From contig JBGVNW010000056.1 of NCBI GenBank assembly GCA_045125935.1, positions 715 through 64,714 on the forward strand: a stretch of DNA of 64,000 nucleotides, given 5' to 3'. The notes beneath the pieces were generated by a model. That model saw only the letters and a program-made list of their open reading frames with translations, ran no database searches and had not been told where the DNA came from. Position 1 is the first letter of the stretch. The number at the start of each line of letters is the position of its first letter. The DNA comes from Bacilli bacterium. Its GTDB lineage: Bacteria > Bacillota_I > Bacilli_A > RF39 > UBA660. A program made the position numbers and the translations under genes. Shown piece after piece: positions 42,943 to 53,878 of the stretch.

Positions 42943-44364
42943 TTATTGCAATTCTTCCTTTAAAATGTCCATTGCTAATTTAGGATTAGCACTACCTTTA
43001 GTTTCTTTCATTACTTGTCCCATGAAGAATTTAATGGCGCGATCATGTCCTGCTTTATAATCAGCAACACTTTCTGGATTAGATTCAATTATTTTTTTAA
43101 TTACTTCTCTAATTGCTGAATCATCAGTAATGTTTGTAATACCTGATTCTTTAACTATTTCTTCTATTGACTTAGGACTTTCTAAAATTGTATCTAAGAT
43201 ATCTTTTAGATTTTTACTTGTTAGAGAACCATCTTCCATTTTACTAATTAATTCTATAAATCTTTCTTTAGTTAGAGTTGTTTCTGTGATTACTTTTTCA
43301 TTTTTATTTAAGTAAGCTGAAATATCTCCTAAAAGTAAGTTACTAGCTATTTTAAAATTAGTATTTTCATTTAATAATGTATTGAAATAATCACTAAGTG
43401 GTTTATTTTGTACTAATTTATTAGCATTTATTGCTGATACACCTTTTTCTATGTATATCTTTCTTCTTTCATCTGGAAGCATTGTAATTGATTTTGCTAC
43501 ATTACTAATCATTTCATCTGTAACATATAAATATGGAATATCTGGCTCTGGGAAGTAACGATAATCGTTACCTGTTTCTTTTACACGCATTAAGACAGTA
43601 TCACCTAATTTATCATCATAACGTCTTGTTTGTTCTTTAAATGTTTCTCCATTATCTAATAATTTAGCTTGACGAGCAATTTCTTTTTCAATACTTAAGC
43701 CTACGTTAGAAATTGAACCAATATTTTTTATTTCACATTTTGTGCCAAATGGGTCAGACTCGTTTTTTCTAATTGAGACGTTAGCATCTGCTCGCATAGA
43801 TCCTTCTTCCATTTTACAATCGCTTATATCACTATAAAATAAAAGTTCTTTTAATTTTTCTAAGTACAATTTTGCTTCTTCACTACTAGCAATACATGGT
43901 TTAGTTACTATTTCAATTAGAGGTACACCGGCTCTATTAAAGTCTAATAAAGTTTTTGTTCCTCTATGTGCACTTTTACATGTATCTTCTTCAATATGCA
44001 TCTCTTCTATTTCTATTTTTTTCTTTTGTCCATTTACTTCTATTTCAACATAACCATCATAACCTATTGGAGTACGACTTTGAGTAATTTGGAAATTTTT
44101 TGGATTATCTGGATAAAAATAGTTTTTACGATCAAAGTGCATTTGTCTTCTTATTTTACAGTTTAATACTGTTGCAGCTTTAATAGCAAGATTGATTACC
44201 TCTTCATTGACTGTTGGTAATGTTCCTGGATAACCTAAATCAATTGGGCTTGTTAGAGAATTAGCCATTTGTCCATAACCATTTGTTGAGGAAGAGAAAA
44301 TTTTAGTATTTGTTTTTAATTCCACGTGTACTTCAACACCGATAGTTGGTATATAATTAGTCAT
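42943..44364 (-). CDS. gatB: Asp-tRNA(Asn)/Glu-tRNA(Gln) amidotransferase subunit B
   Basis: The N-terminus is MTNYIPTIGVEVHVELKT, with GYPGTLP and FDRKNYFYPD motifs. I put the start at ATG 44364, after GGAGGG; it overlaps the gatA stop. Confidence 0.95.
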   Translation of the reverse strand: MTNYIPTIGVEVHVELKTNTKIFSSSTNGYGQMANSLTSPIDLGYPGTLPTVNEEVINLAIKAATVLNCKIRRQMHFDRKNYFYPDNPKNFQITQSRTPIGYDGYVEIEVNGQKKKIEIEEMHIEEDTCKSAHRGTKTLLDFNRAGVPLIEIVTKPCIASSEEAKLYLEKLKELLFYSDISDCKMEEGSMRADANVSIRKNESDPFGTKCEIKNIGSISNVGLSIEKEIARQAKLLDNGETFKEQTRRYDDKLGDTVLMRVKETGNDYRYFPEPDIPYLYVTDEMISNVAKSITMLPDERRKIYIEKGVSAINANKLVQNKPLSDYFNTLLNENTNFKIASNLLLGDISAYLNKNEKVITETTLTKERFIELISKMEDGSLTSKNLKDILDTILESPKSIEEIVKESGITNITDDSAIREVIKKIIESNPESVADYKAGHDRAIKFFMGQVMKETKGSANPKLAMDILKEELQ

Positions 44365-45814
44365 TTTTCTTCCCTCCATTTGGATTTAAATCTAAATTTA
44401 ATTCTTGTTCAATGAAACTTGCTAGTTGATACATTTTAGCTTCATCAAATGGTTTTCCAATTATTTGTAGTCCTATTGGTAAGTTATTGTTTGAGAAACC
44501 TACTGGTACACTCATTCCTGGAAGACCAGCCATATTTACCGGAATTGTTAGAATGTCATCTAAGAATGATTTTATCGCATCATCTAATCCCTTATCTAAT
44601 TCATAGGCTGTTGTTGTATTTGTTGGACCAATAATTAAATCATATTTTTCAAATGTATCTAAGAAACTCTTACGCAAATCATCTCTTATTCTTAATGCTT
44701 TGTCATAGTATTCTTTTGCATTTTTTCCACTTAATAGGTAACTTCCAATCATGATACGACGTTTTACTTCTGAACCAAAGCCTATTTTTCGTGTTTTTAA
44801 GTATAAATCTTCTATATTTTCTGGATTTTCATAACTGTATCCGTAACGAATACCATCATATCTTGCTAGATTTGAACTAGCTTCTCCCATTGCGATTATT
44901 TGATATAGTGGGATAGCTTTATCAATATAGTTTATGTCTACGTAGTCAATTGTACAATTGTTTTTCTTTAATAATTCTACGACATTATTTAATTTTTCGA
45001 TTATTTCTTTATCAATAGCTTCATTTACATAATAGTTTGGAATAGCTATTTTCATACCAGTTATGTCTTTTCCAATTAATCTAGTAAAGTCTTCTTCTGT
45101 TTCAACGCTAGTTAAATCGTTTGAACTTTTTCCACAGATTGTGTTTAAAAGTATTGCATTTTCATAAACATTTCTAGTCATTGGACCAATTTGGTCAAGG
45201 CTTGATGCAAACGCAATTAGTCCGTATCTTGAAACACGACCATATGTAGGTTTTAAACCAACTATTCCACAAAAACTTGCTGGTTGTCTAATTGAGCCTC
45301 CAGTATCAGAGCCTAGAGCTAATGGTACAATTCTACTACTTACAGCGGCAGCACTTCCACCACTCGATCCACCTGGAACACGTTTTTCATCCCATGGGTT
45401 TTTGGCTAGACCAAAATATGAAGTTCTATTAGATGATCCCATCGCAAACTCATCCATGTTAGTTTTACCAATAATAATCATGTTAGCAGCTTTTATCTTT
45501 TTTACTACATCAGCATCATATATTGGTTCAAAATTTTCTAACATTTTAGAAGCAGCTGTTGTTCTTAGTCCTTTAGTAACAATATTATCTTTGATTGCTA
45601 TAGGAATACCAAAAGTTAGAGAATCAACTTCTCTTCCCTCAAGTTCTTCAGCCTGTTTTAAAGCCTCTTCTTTATTAAGAGTAATGAAACTATTTAGGTC
45701 TTTATTTTGTTCTACTCTATCAAAAGCTTCTAAGACTAAATCTTTTGGTGTAATTGTTTTTTCCTTTAATAACTTATTAATTTCAGTTAATGATAAATCT
45801 AAATAATTATGCAC
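44357..45814 (-). CDS. gatA: Asp-tRNA(Asn)/Glu-tRNA(Gln) amidotransferase subunit A
   Basis: Amidase signature is GGSSGGSAAAV, with KDNIVTKGLRTTAASKMLENF. The likely start is GTG 45814, after AGGTGA. The track start at 45835 is a TTG inside gatC. Confidence 0.95.
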   Translation of the reverse strand: MHNYLDLSLTEINKLLKEKTITPKDLVLEAFDRVEQNKDLNSFITLNKEEALKQAEELEGREVDSLTFGIPIAIKDNIVTKGLRTTAASKMLENFEPIYDADVVKKIKAANMIIIGKTNMDEFAMGSSNRTSYFGLAKNPWDEKRVPGGSSGGSAAAVSSRIVPLALGSDTGGSIRQPASFCGIVGLKPTYGRVSRYGLIAFASSLDQIGPMTRNVYENAILLNTICGKSSNDLTSVETEEDFTRLIGKDITGMKIAIPNYYVNEAIDKEIIEKLNNVVELLKKNNCTIDYVDINYIDKAIPLYQIIAMGEASSNLARYDGIRYGYSYENPENIEDLYLKTRKIGFGSEVKRRIMIGSYLLSGKNAKEYYDKALRIRDDLRKSFLDTFEKYDLIIGPTNTTTAYELDKGLDDAIKSFLDDILTIPVNMAGLPGMSVPVGFSNNNLPIGLQIIGKPFDEAKMYQLASFIEQELNLDLNPNGGKKND

Positions 45815-46121
45815 TTGCTTCACCTGACTCTCCAATTACTACTGGAACTTGAAAATAATTACCACTATTACGTGGAGCATTTTTTAAAGCTTCCTTTGGA
45901 TCTAACATATCTTTGGTTACATCTTCTCTTAATTCACATTTATTTTCTGTTGGACAAATAAGCATTTCTTCATCATACGCTTTTACTTCATTTATTTTTT
46001 CTATTTCATTTAATAATTGTTTTAATTTTACTTGATACATTGCTAATTCTTCTTCATCAATTTCAATACGAGCAAGATTAGCTACATGTAATACTTCTTC
46101 TCTTGTTAGTTTATCTTCCAT
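45807..46121 (-). CDS. gatC: Asp-tRNA(Asn)/Glu-tRNA(Gln) amidotransferase subunit C
   Basis: 104 aa with the motif LTREEVLHVANLARIEIDEEEL. First gene of gatCAB. Confidence 0.9.
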   Translation of the reverse strand: MEDKLTREEVLHVANLARIEIDEEELAMYQVKLKQLLNEIEKINEVKAYDEEMLICPTENKCELREDVTKDMLDPKEALKNAPRNSGNYFQVPVVIGESGEASA

Positions 46122-46144
46122 AAAGGGCCTCCTTTAACTTCTAT

Positions 46145-46173
46145 ATTATATCACGATGATTATTTATTGTAAA
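46145..46173 (-). promoter_or_regulatory. gatCAB promoter
   Basis: Minus strand: TTTACA, a 17-nt spacer, then TATAAT. AAGGAGG RBS. Confidence 0.55.
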
Positions 46174-46180
46174 TTAAGTT

Positions 46181-46215
46181 AAAGAAAAACCACTAGTTAA
46201 TAACAAAACTAGTGA
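46181..46215 (-). terminator. Terminator of the 747-aa surface protein gene
   Basis: Minus strand reads CACTAGTT-TTGTTATT-AACTAGTG followed by GTTTTTCTTT. Confidence 0.7.
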
Positions 46216-46218
46216 TTT

Positions 46219-48462
46219 TTATTCTGAAACTGCTGATAACTGCCAAACTCCACTTACTTGACCTGTTGTTTCAGTTGTTGCTTTAAGTGTTACTACTGGT
46301 CTTATACCATGTTCATAACTTGAATTTGTGTATACTACATACCCAGACAAATATGATGTCCATAAATAATATGTTTCTGTTTTTGTAGCAATATACCAAG
46401 GGACATATGAATATGATGTGGATGTTGATTTAATACCGAATAAAGTATTTTCTCTAAAATCAGTTAAATTATCAACTACTACTGTTTCTGTACCATTTAT
46501 TTGGGCTGTTGTTGCGAGAGATCCATTTACATCACTTGCAGTAGCAGCATGAACCATTGGTTTTCCAGAAGAATCTAATTTGGTATATTTACTGTTTGAA
46601 AAAGCTGTTTGTAATTCTCCTATTATCGATACATTTGTAAAGCCATTCTTATAAAATTTGTAGTTTGTTAATGACGATGCGATTTCTGTAGAGAAAAAGT
46701 TAGTCGTTAAATCTGCCACACATTTAGTAGCAATACTACTATCTGATGTAGTATATGGACATCTATATGTTAATGGAATTCCAGACGGTATTAAAGTTAC
46801 CCTTTTTTCACCATCAGTTTCAACTACATCTAATACTTTCCAACCAGTATATCCGCTAGCAATATTTATAGTTACAGTTTTAAATAATACTGTAACATTA
46901 GAATAATCAACATCATAATTTACAAGCTCTCCTGGCTTTACTTGATCTGCTAATAATCTAGATGTCCAATGTGCATATAATGTTTGAGTTTGATTACCAA
47001 GAGTTACTTCAGTTGTATCAGTAACTTGTGTGCCACCTTCTGCTTTGGTAAACCAACCATCAAATGTATGTCCAGTCCATGTAGGCGTTGGTAATGTTGG
47101 GTATGTCATTCCTTTATATGTTGTTAGGCTGGTTGGAGTAACCGTTCCACCATTAGCATCAAATCTTATATTCAATACTTGAAGATTTATCGTTACTGGA
47201 AACGTTATTTCCTTTACATATGGTGAAGTTATTTTCATTGTTACTGTTGCATTTTCTGATTCTAGTAAACTATATATATCAGCGTTAAATAAAACGTCAT
47301 AACTATCAGTATTACTCTTATTACCTTCTATTGTTCTAGCAAAACTTGTTGCTGTTTCGTTATCAATACTATAGGTAAATTTATCATTGCCAGTTATAGA
47401 TATTTCATAGTTTATATCATAATTATTGTATTCATTATTTGAGTTATAGTTTGTTATTGATATTGGTAAGGTAGCATATTCTTTTTCCATACCAATGCTT
47501 GATTCAGTGTCAACGTTAAAATTTAATGGAGAAGTTGTTATATCAACTCCAAATTGCTTAGTAATTGTATAGTCAAGATATTCTTCACTTGTTGGTGTTG
47601 CGACTAATTCAACCTTACATGTAAACTCTTTATCAGCGTAATCTGCACTATTATATTCAATATTTTCAGTAGGATTACTATTATCCCAGAATATCTTCAA
47701 TGTATATAAATTATCTATTTTATCTGTTCCATTCCCGCCTATACTAATACTATCAGTTACTTCTGTTCCTGTAGAATCATATATTTTAGCAGTCAGTGGA
47801 CTATCTATTGTAGTTTTAAATGTATATGTCATTGGGACAGTGTTTATTTCTTCGTCATTATAATTAGACACATTAAACTGAAATTCTTGTGGTTCATAAT
47901 CTGGATAGATATTTTCTAATGTAAGATTTTCTTCTTCATTACTTAGTTTTAATACAGGGAGTTTTTCAAATTTAAAATTAATTTTACTCTTTAAAGTATT
48001 ATTTGAAATGTCTGTTCCACTATATTTAAATGTTATTGTAAAAGTTATTGAATCTTTAGATGTTAATACGGTGTTATATTCTGTTATGCCATTTAAACTA
48101 TATTCAATATTAGGGTTACTATATAAATTTGGATCAAACACGACTCCGATAAATATATAATCTTTATCGGAGTTGTTATAAACTGTAATTTCATATGTTA
48201 TAGATGATTCTGTATTTTTATCTAAAGTTATTTCACTATCAAAAAAAGTGGCAACATAATAATTTATTTTTTGACTGGTTGTACCTTCTGTTTCTGTGAG
48301 AGTGTAATTAACATTAGAAATAAAGACTCCATCTTGAGCAGCTACTATTAAGTCGCCACTTACAGTCGTTGTAATTGAATTAATTGAGGCGTAACCTACA
48401 CTCATAAATAAAGTTGCAATCACTAATAATAAAGATAAAATTTTAAACAACTTATTATTCAT
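46219..48462 (-). CDS. Secreted repeat protein with a Listeria-Bacteroides (Flg_new) repeat
   Basis: The N-terminal signal/anchor is MNNKLFKILSLLLVIATLFMSVGYA. A long Thr/Asn-rich beta-type region follows. The Flg_new-like unit is FDANGGTVTPTSLTTYKGMTYPTLPTPTWTGHTFDGWFTKAEGGTQV. There is no C-terminal sorting signal. Confidence 0.6.
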   Translation of the reverse strand: MNNKLFKILSLLLVIATLFMSVGYASINSITTTVSGDLIVAAQDGVFISNVNYTLTETEGTTSQKINYYVATFFDSEITLDKNTESSITYEITVYNNSDKDYIFIGVVFDPNLYSNPNIEYSLNGITEYNTVLTSKDSITFTITFKYSGTDISNNTLKSKINFKFEKLPVLKLSNEEENLTLENIYPDYEPQEFQFNVSNYNDEEINTVPMTYTFKTTIDSPLTAKIYDSTGTEVTDSISIGGNGTDKIDNLYTLKIFWDNSNPTENIEYNSADYADKEFTCKVELVATPTSEEYLDYTITKQFGVDITTSPLNFNVDTESSIGMEKEYATLPISITNYNSNNEYNNYDINYEISITGNDKFTYSIDNETATSFARTIEGNKSNTDSYDVLFNADIYSLLESENATVTMKITSPYVKEITFPVTINLQVLNIRFDANGGTVTPTSLTTYKGMTYPTLPTPTWTGHTFDGWFTKAEGGTQVTDTTEVTLGNQTQTLYAHWTSRLLADQVKPGELVNYDVDYSNVTVLFKTVTINIASGYTGWKVLDVVETDGEKRVTLIPSGIPLTYRCPYTTSDSSIATKCVADLTTNFFSTEIASSLTNYKFYKNGFTNVSIIGELQTAFSNSKYTKLDSSGKPMVHAATASDVNGSLATTAQINGTETVVVDNLTDFRENTLFGIKSTSTSYSYVPWYIATKTETYYLWTSYLSGYVVYTNSSYEHGIRPVVTLKATTETTGQVSGVWQLSAVSE

Positions 48463-48478
48463 AACAAAATCACCTCAT

Positions 48479-48507
48479 GTTCGTAGAAATAAATAAGTTC
48501 CGCGAAC
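48479..48507. repeat. 29-nt palindromic element, copy 1 (in the 5' UTR of the 747-aa gene)
   Basis: The sequence is GTTCGTAGAAATAAATAAGTTCCGCGAAC. It equals the reverse complement of copy 2 except for 1 indel and 2 mismatches. Confidence 0.8.
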
Positions 48508-48595
48508 ATTTTTTAAGTAAAACATAGAAAAAATACAATTTTTCAAATATTATTTCGAATAAAACTAATGTTATGTTATAATTATATAAAATAAA

Positions 48596-48624
48596 GTTCG
48601 TAGAACTTATTTATTTTCTACGAA
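48596..48624. repeat. 29-nt palindromic element, copy 2 (TTCGTAGAA-N10-TTCTACGAA)
   Basis: The sequence is GTTCGTAGAACTTATTTATTTTCTACGAA, with perfect 9-bp arms. Confidence 0.8.
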
Positions 48625-48649
48625 AAAGTATTCAAAAAAATATTTACTG

Positions 48650-48875
48650 GATAGTTTTTCTTCTGACTCATAGAAATCTAATATTTCTACTTTGCTTAAA
48701 AACGTACTCATAACTCACACTTGTGGTACTATTTACTGATACTCGTCAATGTGGCACTCTTATCTATTAGCTCCATAAAATTCTTTTCTTCTATATTTAG
48801 GAGTAAAAACAATATAGTGCTTACAATTACGGTTACAAATATGTTATTAAAAGACTTTTTTTATTGAAGACTCAT
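48650..48875 (-). pseudogene. IS200/IS605-family tnpA relic (N-terminal ~65 codons, frameshifted and truncated)
   Basis: Minus-strand frame 48843-48760 reads HICNRNCKHYIVFTPKYRRKEFYGANR*, matching the conserved TnpA N-terminus (WNCKYHIVFxPKYRR..FYG). Adjacent frames hold weaker KS..L..I.K and KVEILD pieces. No HUH motif remains. Confidence 0.6.
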
Positions 48876-48920
48876 CGCCAAAGCTAAACTGCCACAGACT
48901 ACCAGGAGATTATTGTATGA

Positions 48921-48946
48921 AAAAAAGTAGATTTTGTCTACTTTTT
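48921..48946. terminator. Bidirectional hairpin: terminator of the 262-aa gene and probable IS200 left-end hairpin
   Basis: AAAGTAGA-TTTTG-TCTACTTT is flanked by an A-run and a T-run. Confidence 0.65.
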
Positions 48947-48988
48947 ATAATTTTGTTTAATTACTAATATTTAGTTTTAAACTTTTAA

Positions 48989-49777
48989 CTATTCTGCGAA
49001 ACAGTCACTTATATATAATGTTTTTTCTGTTCCATCTTCATTTAAGTCATAATTTGTAACTGTACCAATAATTGTTACTTCATCATTTTCTTCTAATTCT
49101 TTTAGAGAATCTTTTTCTGCCATTGTACAAACTATATTTAATGTATACTTACCATCTTCATCAAGATAACCGAATGTTAAAGTATTTTTATCGTCATCTT
49201 TACTTATGAAATTTCCATTTACTCTTAAAAATTCTTTATAATATTTTTTGTAAGTTTCTTTTGGTTTACTAGTAAATTCAATTGCTAAATCTAGTGCTGA
49301 AACGTCTGTTGGTTCAACTGAATATTCTAATCCCCAAGTCCCAATTTCCATATCACGTCTTCCTTGAACTTGATTATATTTAATTACTTTGTAACCTAGA
49401 CCATGATAAACTTTCGTACCCCCATCTTTATAGGTAGCTGTTCTAATAGCAAAGAATGGTCCTTTATTGTATCTTGCAACACAAATTACGTCTGTTGCGA
49501 TAATAATCATTATTATGATTAACGCTATGAAAATAATATTTATGATAAGACTTATCTTGTTATTTTTTCTTGGTCGTTTATTTTCTTCAAATTCGTCTTC
49601 TTCAAGATCTTTTTTCTGACTATTTTTTGTTTTCTTTTTTGATGCTTTTGCTTTATTCTTTGCTGGTTCTTTCTCTTCTTCTTTTACTGGTTCTTCTTCA
49701 AATATTTCATCGTCTTCTATTTCATCAAGTAAGGTTTCTTTGTATTCTTCAATTGTTAAATCTTTTTTCTTATTCAT
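48989..49777 (-). CDS. Hypothetical bitopic membrane protein (acidic/Lys-rich N-terminus, one TM, extracytoplasmic domain)
   Basis: 262 aa. The TM segment is ISLIINIIFIALIIIMIIIATDVI. Last gene after ligA. Confidence 0.6.
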   Translation of the reverse strand: MNKKKDLTIEEYKETLLDEIEDDEIFEEEPVKEEEKEPAKNKAKASKKKTKNSQKKDLEEDEFEENKRPRKNNKISLIINIIFIALIIIMIIIATDVICVARYNKGPFFAIRTATYKDGGTKVYHGLGYKVIKYNQVQGRRDMEIGTWGLEYSVEPTDVSALDLAIEFTSKPKETYKKYYKEFLRVNGNFISKDDDKNTLTFGYLDEDGKYTLNIVCTMAEKDSLKELEENDEVTIIGTVTNYDLNEDGTEKTLYISDCFAE

Positions 49778-49845
49778 AAAGTCTCCCTTTTCCTTTTCTT
49801 TAATTGTTGCTTATTATAACATAAAATGATTATTTTGTAAATAAA

Positions 49846-51843
<1,998 letters not shown>

Positions 51844-52887
51844 TTATTTTTGTGGCTTTGATGAAGATTCAGCTTTAGGTTTGTAGTCTACTATTATCAC
51901 ATCATCTGGTCTAATTATTTCTATTTTATCACCATCACGATGAAATGTCGTTCCTTCAGGTATAGGAATATTTTGGGCTATATATACACTACCATACATT
52001 ATCTTCCGTTTAAAAAACTCTTCTTCAGATATTTTTCCTTCATCAAGTAATTGTCGTTGTTGCTCTAAATATATTTTAGAAATACTCTTTCTAATTTCAT
52101 TATACGCAGTCTTTTTAACTTCACTCTTTTCTTTTGATTTTAGGGTCTTATCTAATTTTTTAATAATGCTTATTACTTCTTCTCTTGTAGTATATTTTGA
52201 TAACTCATCAACTAGACCATTTAAATCTGCTTTAAAATATAGTTCTTGCATTTTTCTTTCGCCTATTATAAACTCTAACCTTTCTGCAATACTAATTTCT
52301 TCTTCGTAATTTGTTTCTAAAACACTATTAAAATATTTTTTATTTAAATACTCTGTATAGCCTTCATTTAATGCCATACCGATTGTTTTCTTAGTTTTTT
52401 TATTTTCTTGACTAAAACCTATAAATGAAGTATTTTTCGTTTCTATGGTACTTGCCATATGTAATAATTCATGACAAATGATACTTCTAATCTCTTCATC
52501 ATTTTCATTTAAATATGTTATTTTATTTTTCTTGGTATTATAACTTCCAGCATCTAATGTTTTAAAAATTTCCATACATAAAATATCTAGTATATTATAA
52601 TTTCGTACTTTGACTCTTAAGTTTTTAAGATTAGTGTAAAACGCACCTAAATTACAATGTGAAAACGTTTCTTCTAGTATGGTATAAAATTCATATATTG
52701 TTTTATCAAAACCTTTATAATTTATATATTTTGATACATCATATTTTCCTTGAGTTATTTCAGGAGCAATTTCTATTATTGTTCCTCTTTTTGATACTCT
52801 TTTTATTATTGCAAGAGGTGGTATTGTATTAAATATTTTACTTAATAATTCATTTTCTAATTGTGTAATATCAAATTTAGTGTCCAT
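51844..52887 (-). CDS. Hypothetical protein with a HExxH...E zinc-metallopeptidase-like motif
   Basis: CHELLHMAS is followed 31 residues later by ALNEGYTEY. I moved the start to ATG 52887, after AGGTGA. Confidence 0.5.
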   Translation of the reverse strand: MDTKFDITQLENELLSKIFNTIPPLAIIKRVSKRGTIIEIAPEITQGKYDVSKYINYKGFDKTIYEFYTILEETFSHCNLGAFYTNLKNLRVKVRNYNILDILCMEIFKTLDAGSYNTKKNKITYLNENDEEIRSIICHELLHMASTIETKNTSFIGFSQENKKTKKTIGMALNEGYTEYLNKKYFNSVLETNYEEEISIAERLEFIIGERKMQELYFKADLNGLVDELSKYTTREEVISIIKKLDKTLKSKEKSEVKKTAYNEIRKSISKIYLEQQRQLLDEGKISEEEFFKRKIMYGSVYIAQNIPIPEGTTFHRDGDKIEIIRPDDVIIVDYKPKAESSSKPQK

Positions 52888-52936
52888 ATATTTCACCTAA
52901 TAAAAGTATAGCATTTTTATAAGAAAAAAAGAAGAA

Positions 52937-53878
52937 CTACATTCTTCTTCCTTTCTCGTTTGTATCTTCCCATAAATCATTTGGATAAGTACCATCCTCT
53001 ACCATTTTAGCAAGAGATTCTTTTACATAATCAGCATCTTCTTTGTATGTTACTCCATACCATGTTGCGCTTGTTTTCAATACTTCCGCTGTTGCATAAT
53101 TTTCCTTTATTGCTTGGAATAGTATATCTGGAATTAAATATTCACATTTTTCCATATTGTCTTTATTTTTATCTAGGAAACTTGCAAAGTTATCTTCAAT
53201 ATATGTAAAGATACTCGGTGTAAATAGTAACATATTCATTGATACAGTGTCATCTTCAGATACTTCGAATGGTGCATTTCCATTTAGAGGTGAAGCAATA
53301 ATTTTGTCTTCAACTCTTTCAACTGAACTTTCTATTAACTCTGTCAAGGCATTATCTTCTACTTTACAAACACCACGTTTTACAGCACCATTTTCAGTTA
53401 TAGTATTTTTTACTAGATAACCTACCATTCCATATTGATGTGGTGTTTTATCAGTAGTATTTCTTAAGAACTCAGCAGCTTTCATATAAGCATCTCTTCC
53501 ATAAAAATCATCAGCATTAATCATCATAAATGGTTCATGAACATTGTTTTTACAACAAAGTATGGCATGGGCTGTACCTAGTGGTTTTACTCTTGTTTCT
53601 GGTACTTCATACCCCTCTGGCAAATTGTCATTTTTTTGGAAACAGTACTCTACATCTATATGTGGTTCTACTCTACTACCAATTGTTTCTTTAAATATAC
53701 CGTAATTTTCTTCTTTGATTAAGAAAACTATTTTGTTAAAACCAGCTTGAATCGCATCATATACTGAGTAGTCGATAATGAATTCATCATTTGGACCAAG
53801 AGGTGCAATTTGTTTTAGTCCACCGAATCTGCTTCCCATACCAGCTGCTAAAATTACTAGCGTTAAGTCTTTATTCAT
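52937..53878 (-). CDS. Sugar-phosphate nucleotidyltransferase family protein
   Basis: The N-terminal motif is LVILAAGMGSRFGGLKQ. Also KPLGTAHA and INADDFYG blocks. Confidence 0.7.
   Translation of the reverse strand: MNKDLTLVILAAGMGSRFGGLKQIAPLGPNDEFIIDYSVYDAIQAGFNKIVFLIKEENYGIFKETIGSRVEPHIDVEYCFQKNDNLPEGYEVPETRVKPLGTAHAILCCKNNVHEPFMMINADDFYGRDAYMKAAEFLRNTTDKTPHQYGMVGYLVKNTITENGAVKRGVCKVEDNALTELIESSVERVEDKIIASPLNGNAPFEVSEDDTVSMNMLLFTPSIFTYIEDNFASFLDKNKDNMEKCEYLIPDILFQAIKENYATAEVLKTSATWYGVTYKEDADYVKESLAKMVEDGTYPNDLWEDTNEKGRRM

Noticed and set aside
48592-48950. A plus-strand structured ncRNA (6S, SRP or T-box-like) driven by the TGTTATAAT at 48574.
   Set aside because: I found no conserved core motifs of those RNAs. 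The region is better explained by the frameshifted IS200-type tnpA relic on the minus strand.
48917-48967. A 16-codon plus-strand ORF (MKKSRFCLLFIILFNY) with an AGGAG RBS; considered as a type I toxin-like peptide.
   Set aside because: Most of its coding sequence is the bidirectional hairpin/terminator. The AGGAG is better explained as part of the IS200-relic leader on the other strand. It is also too short for known toxin families.
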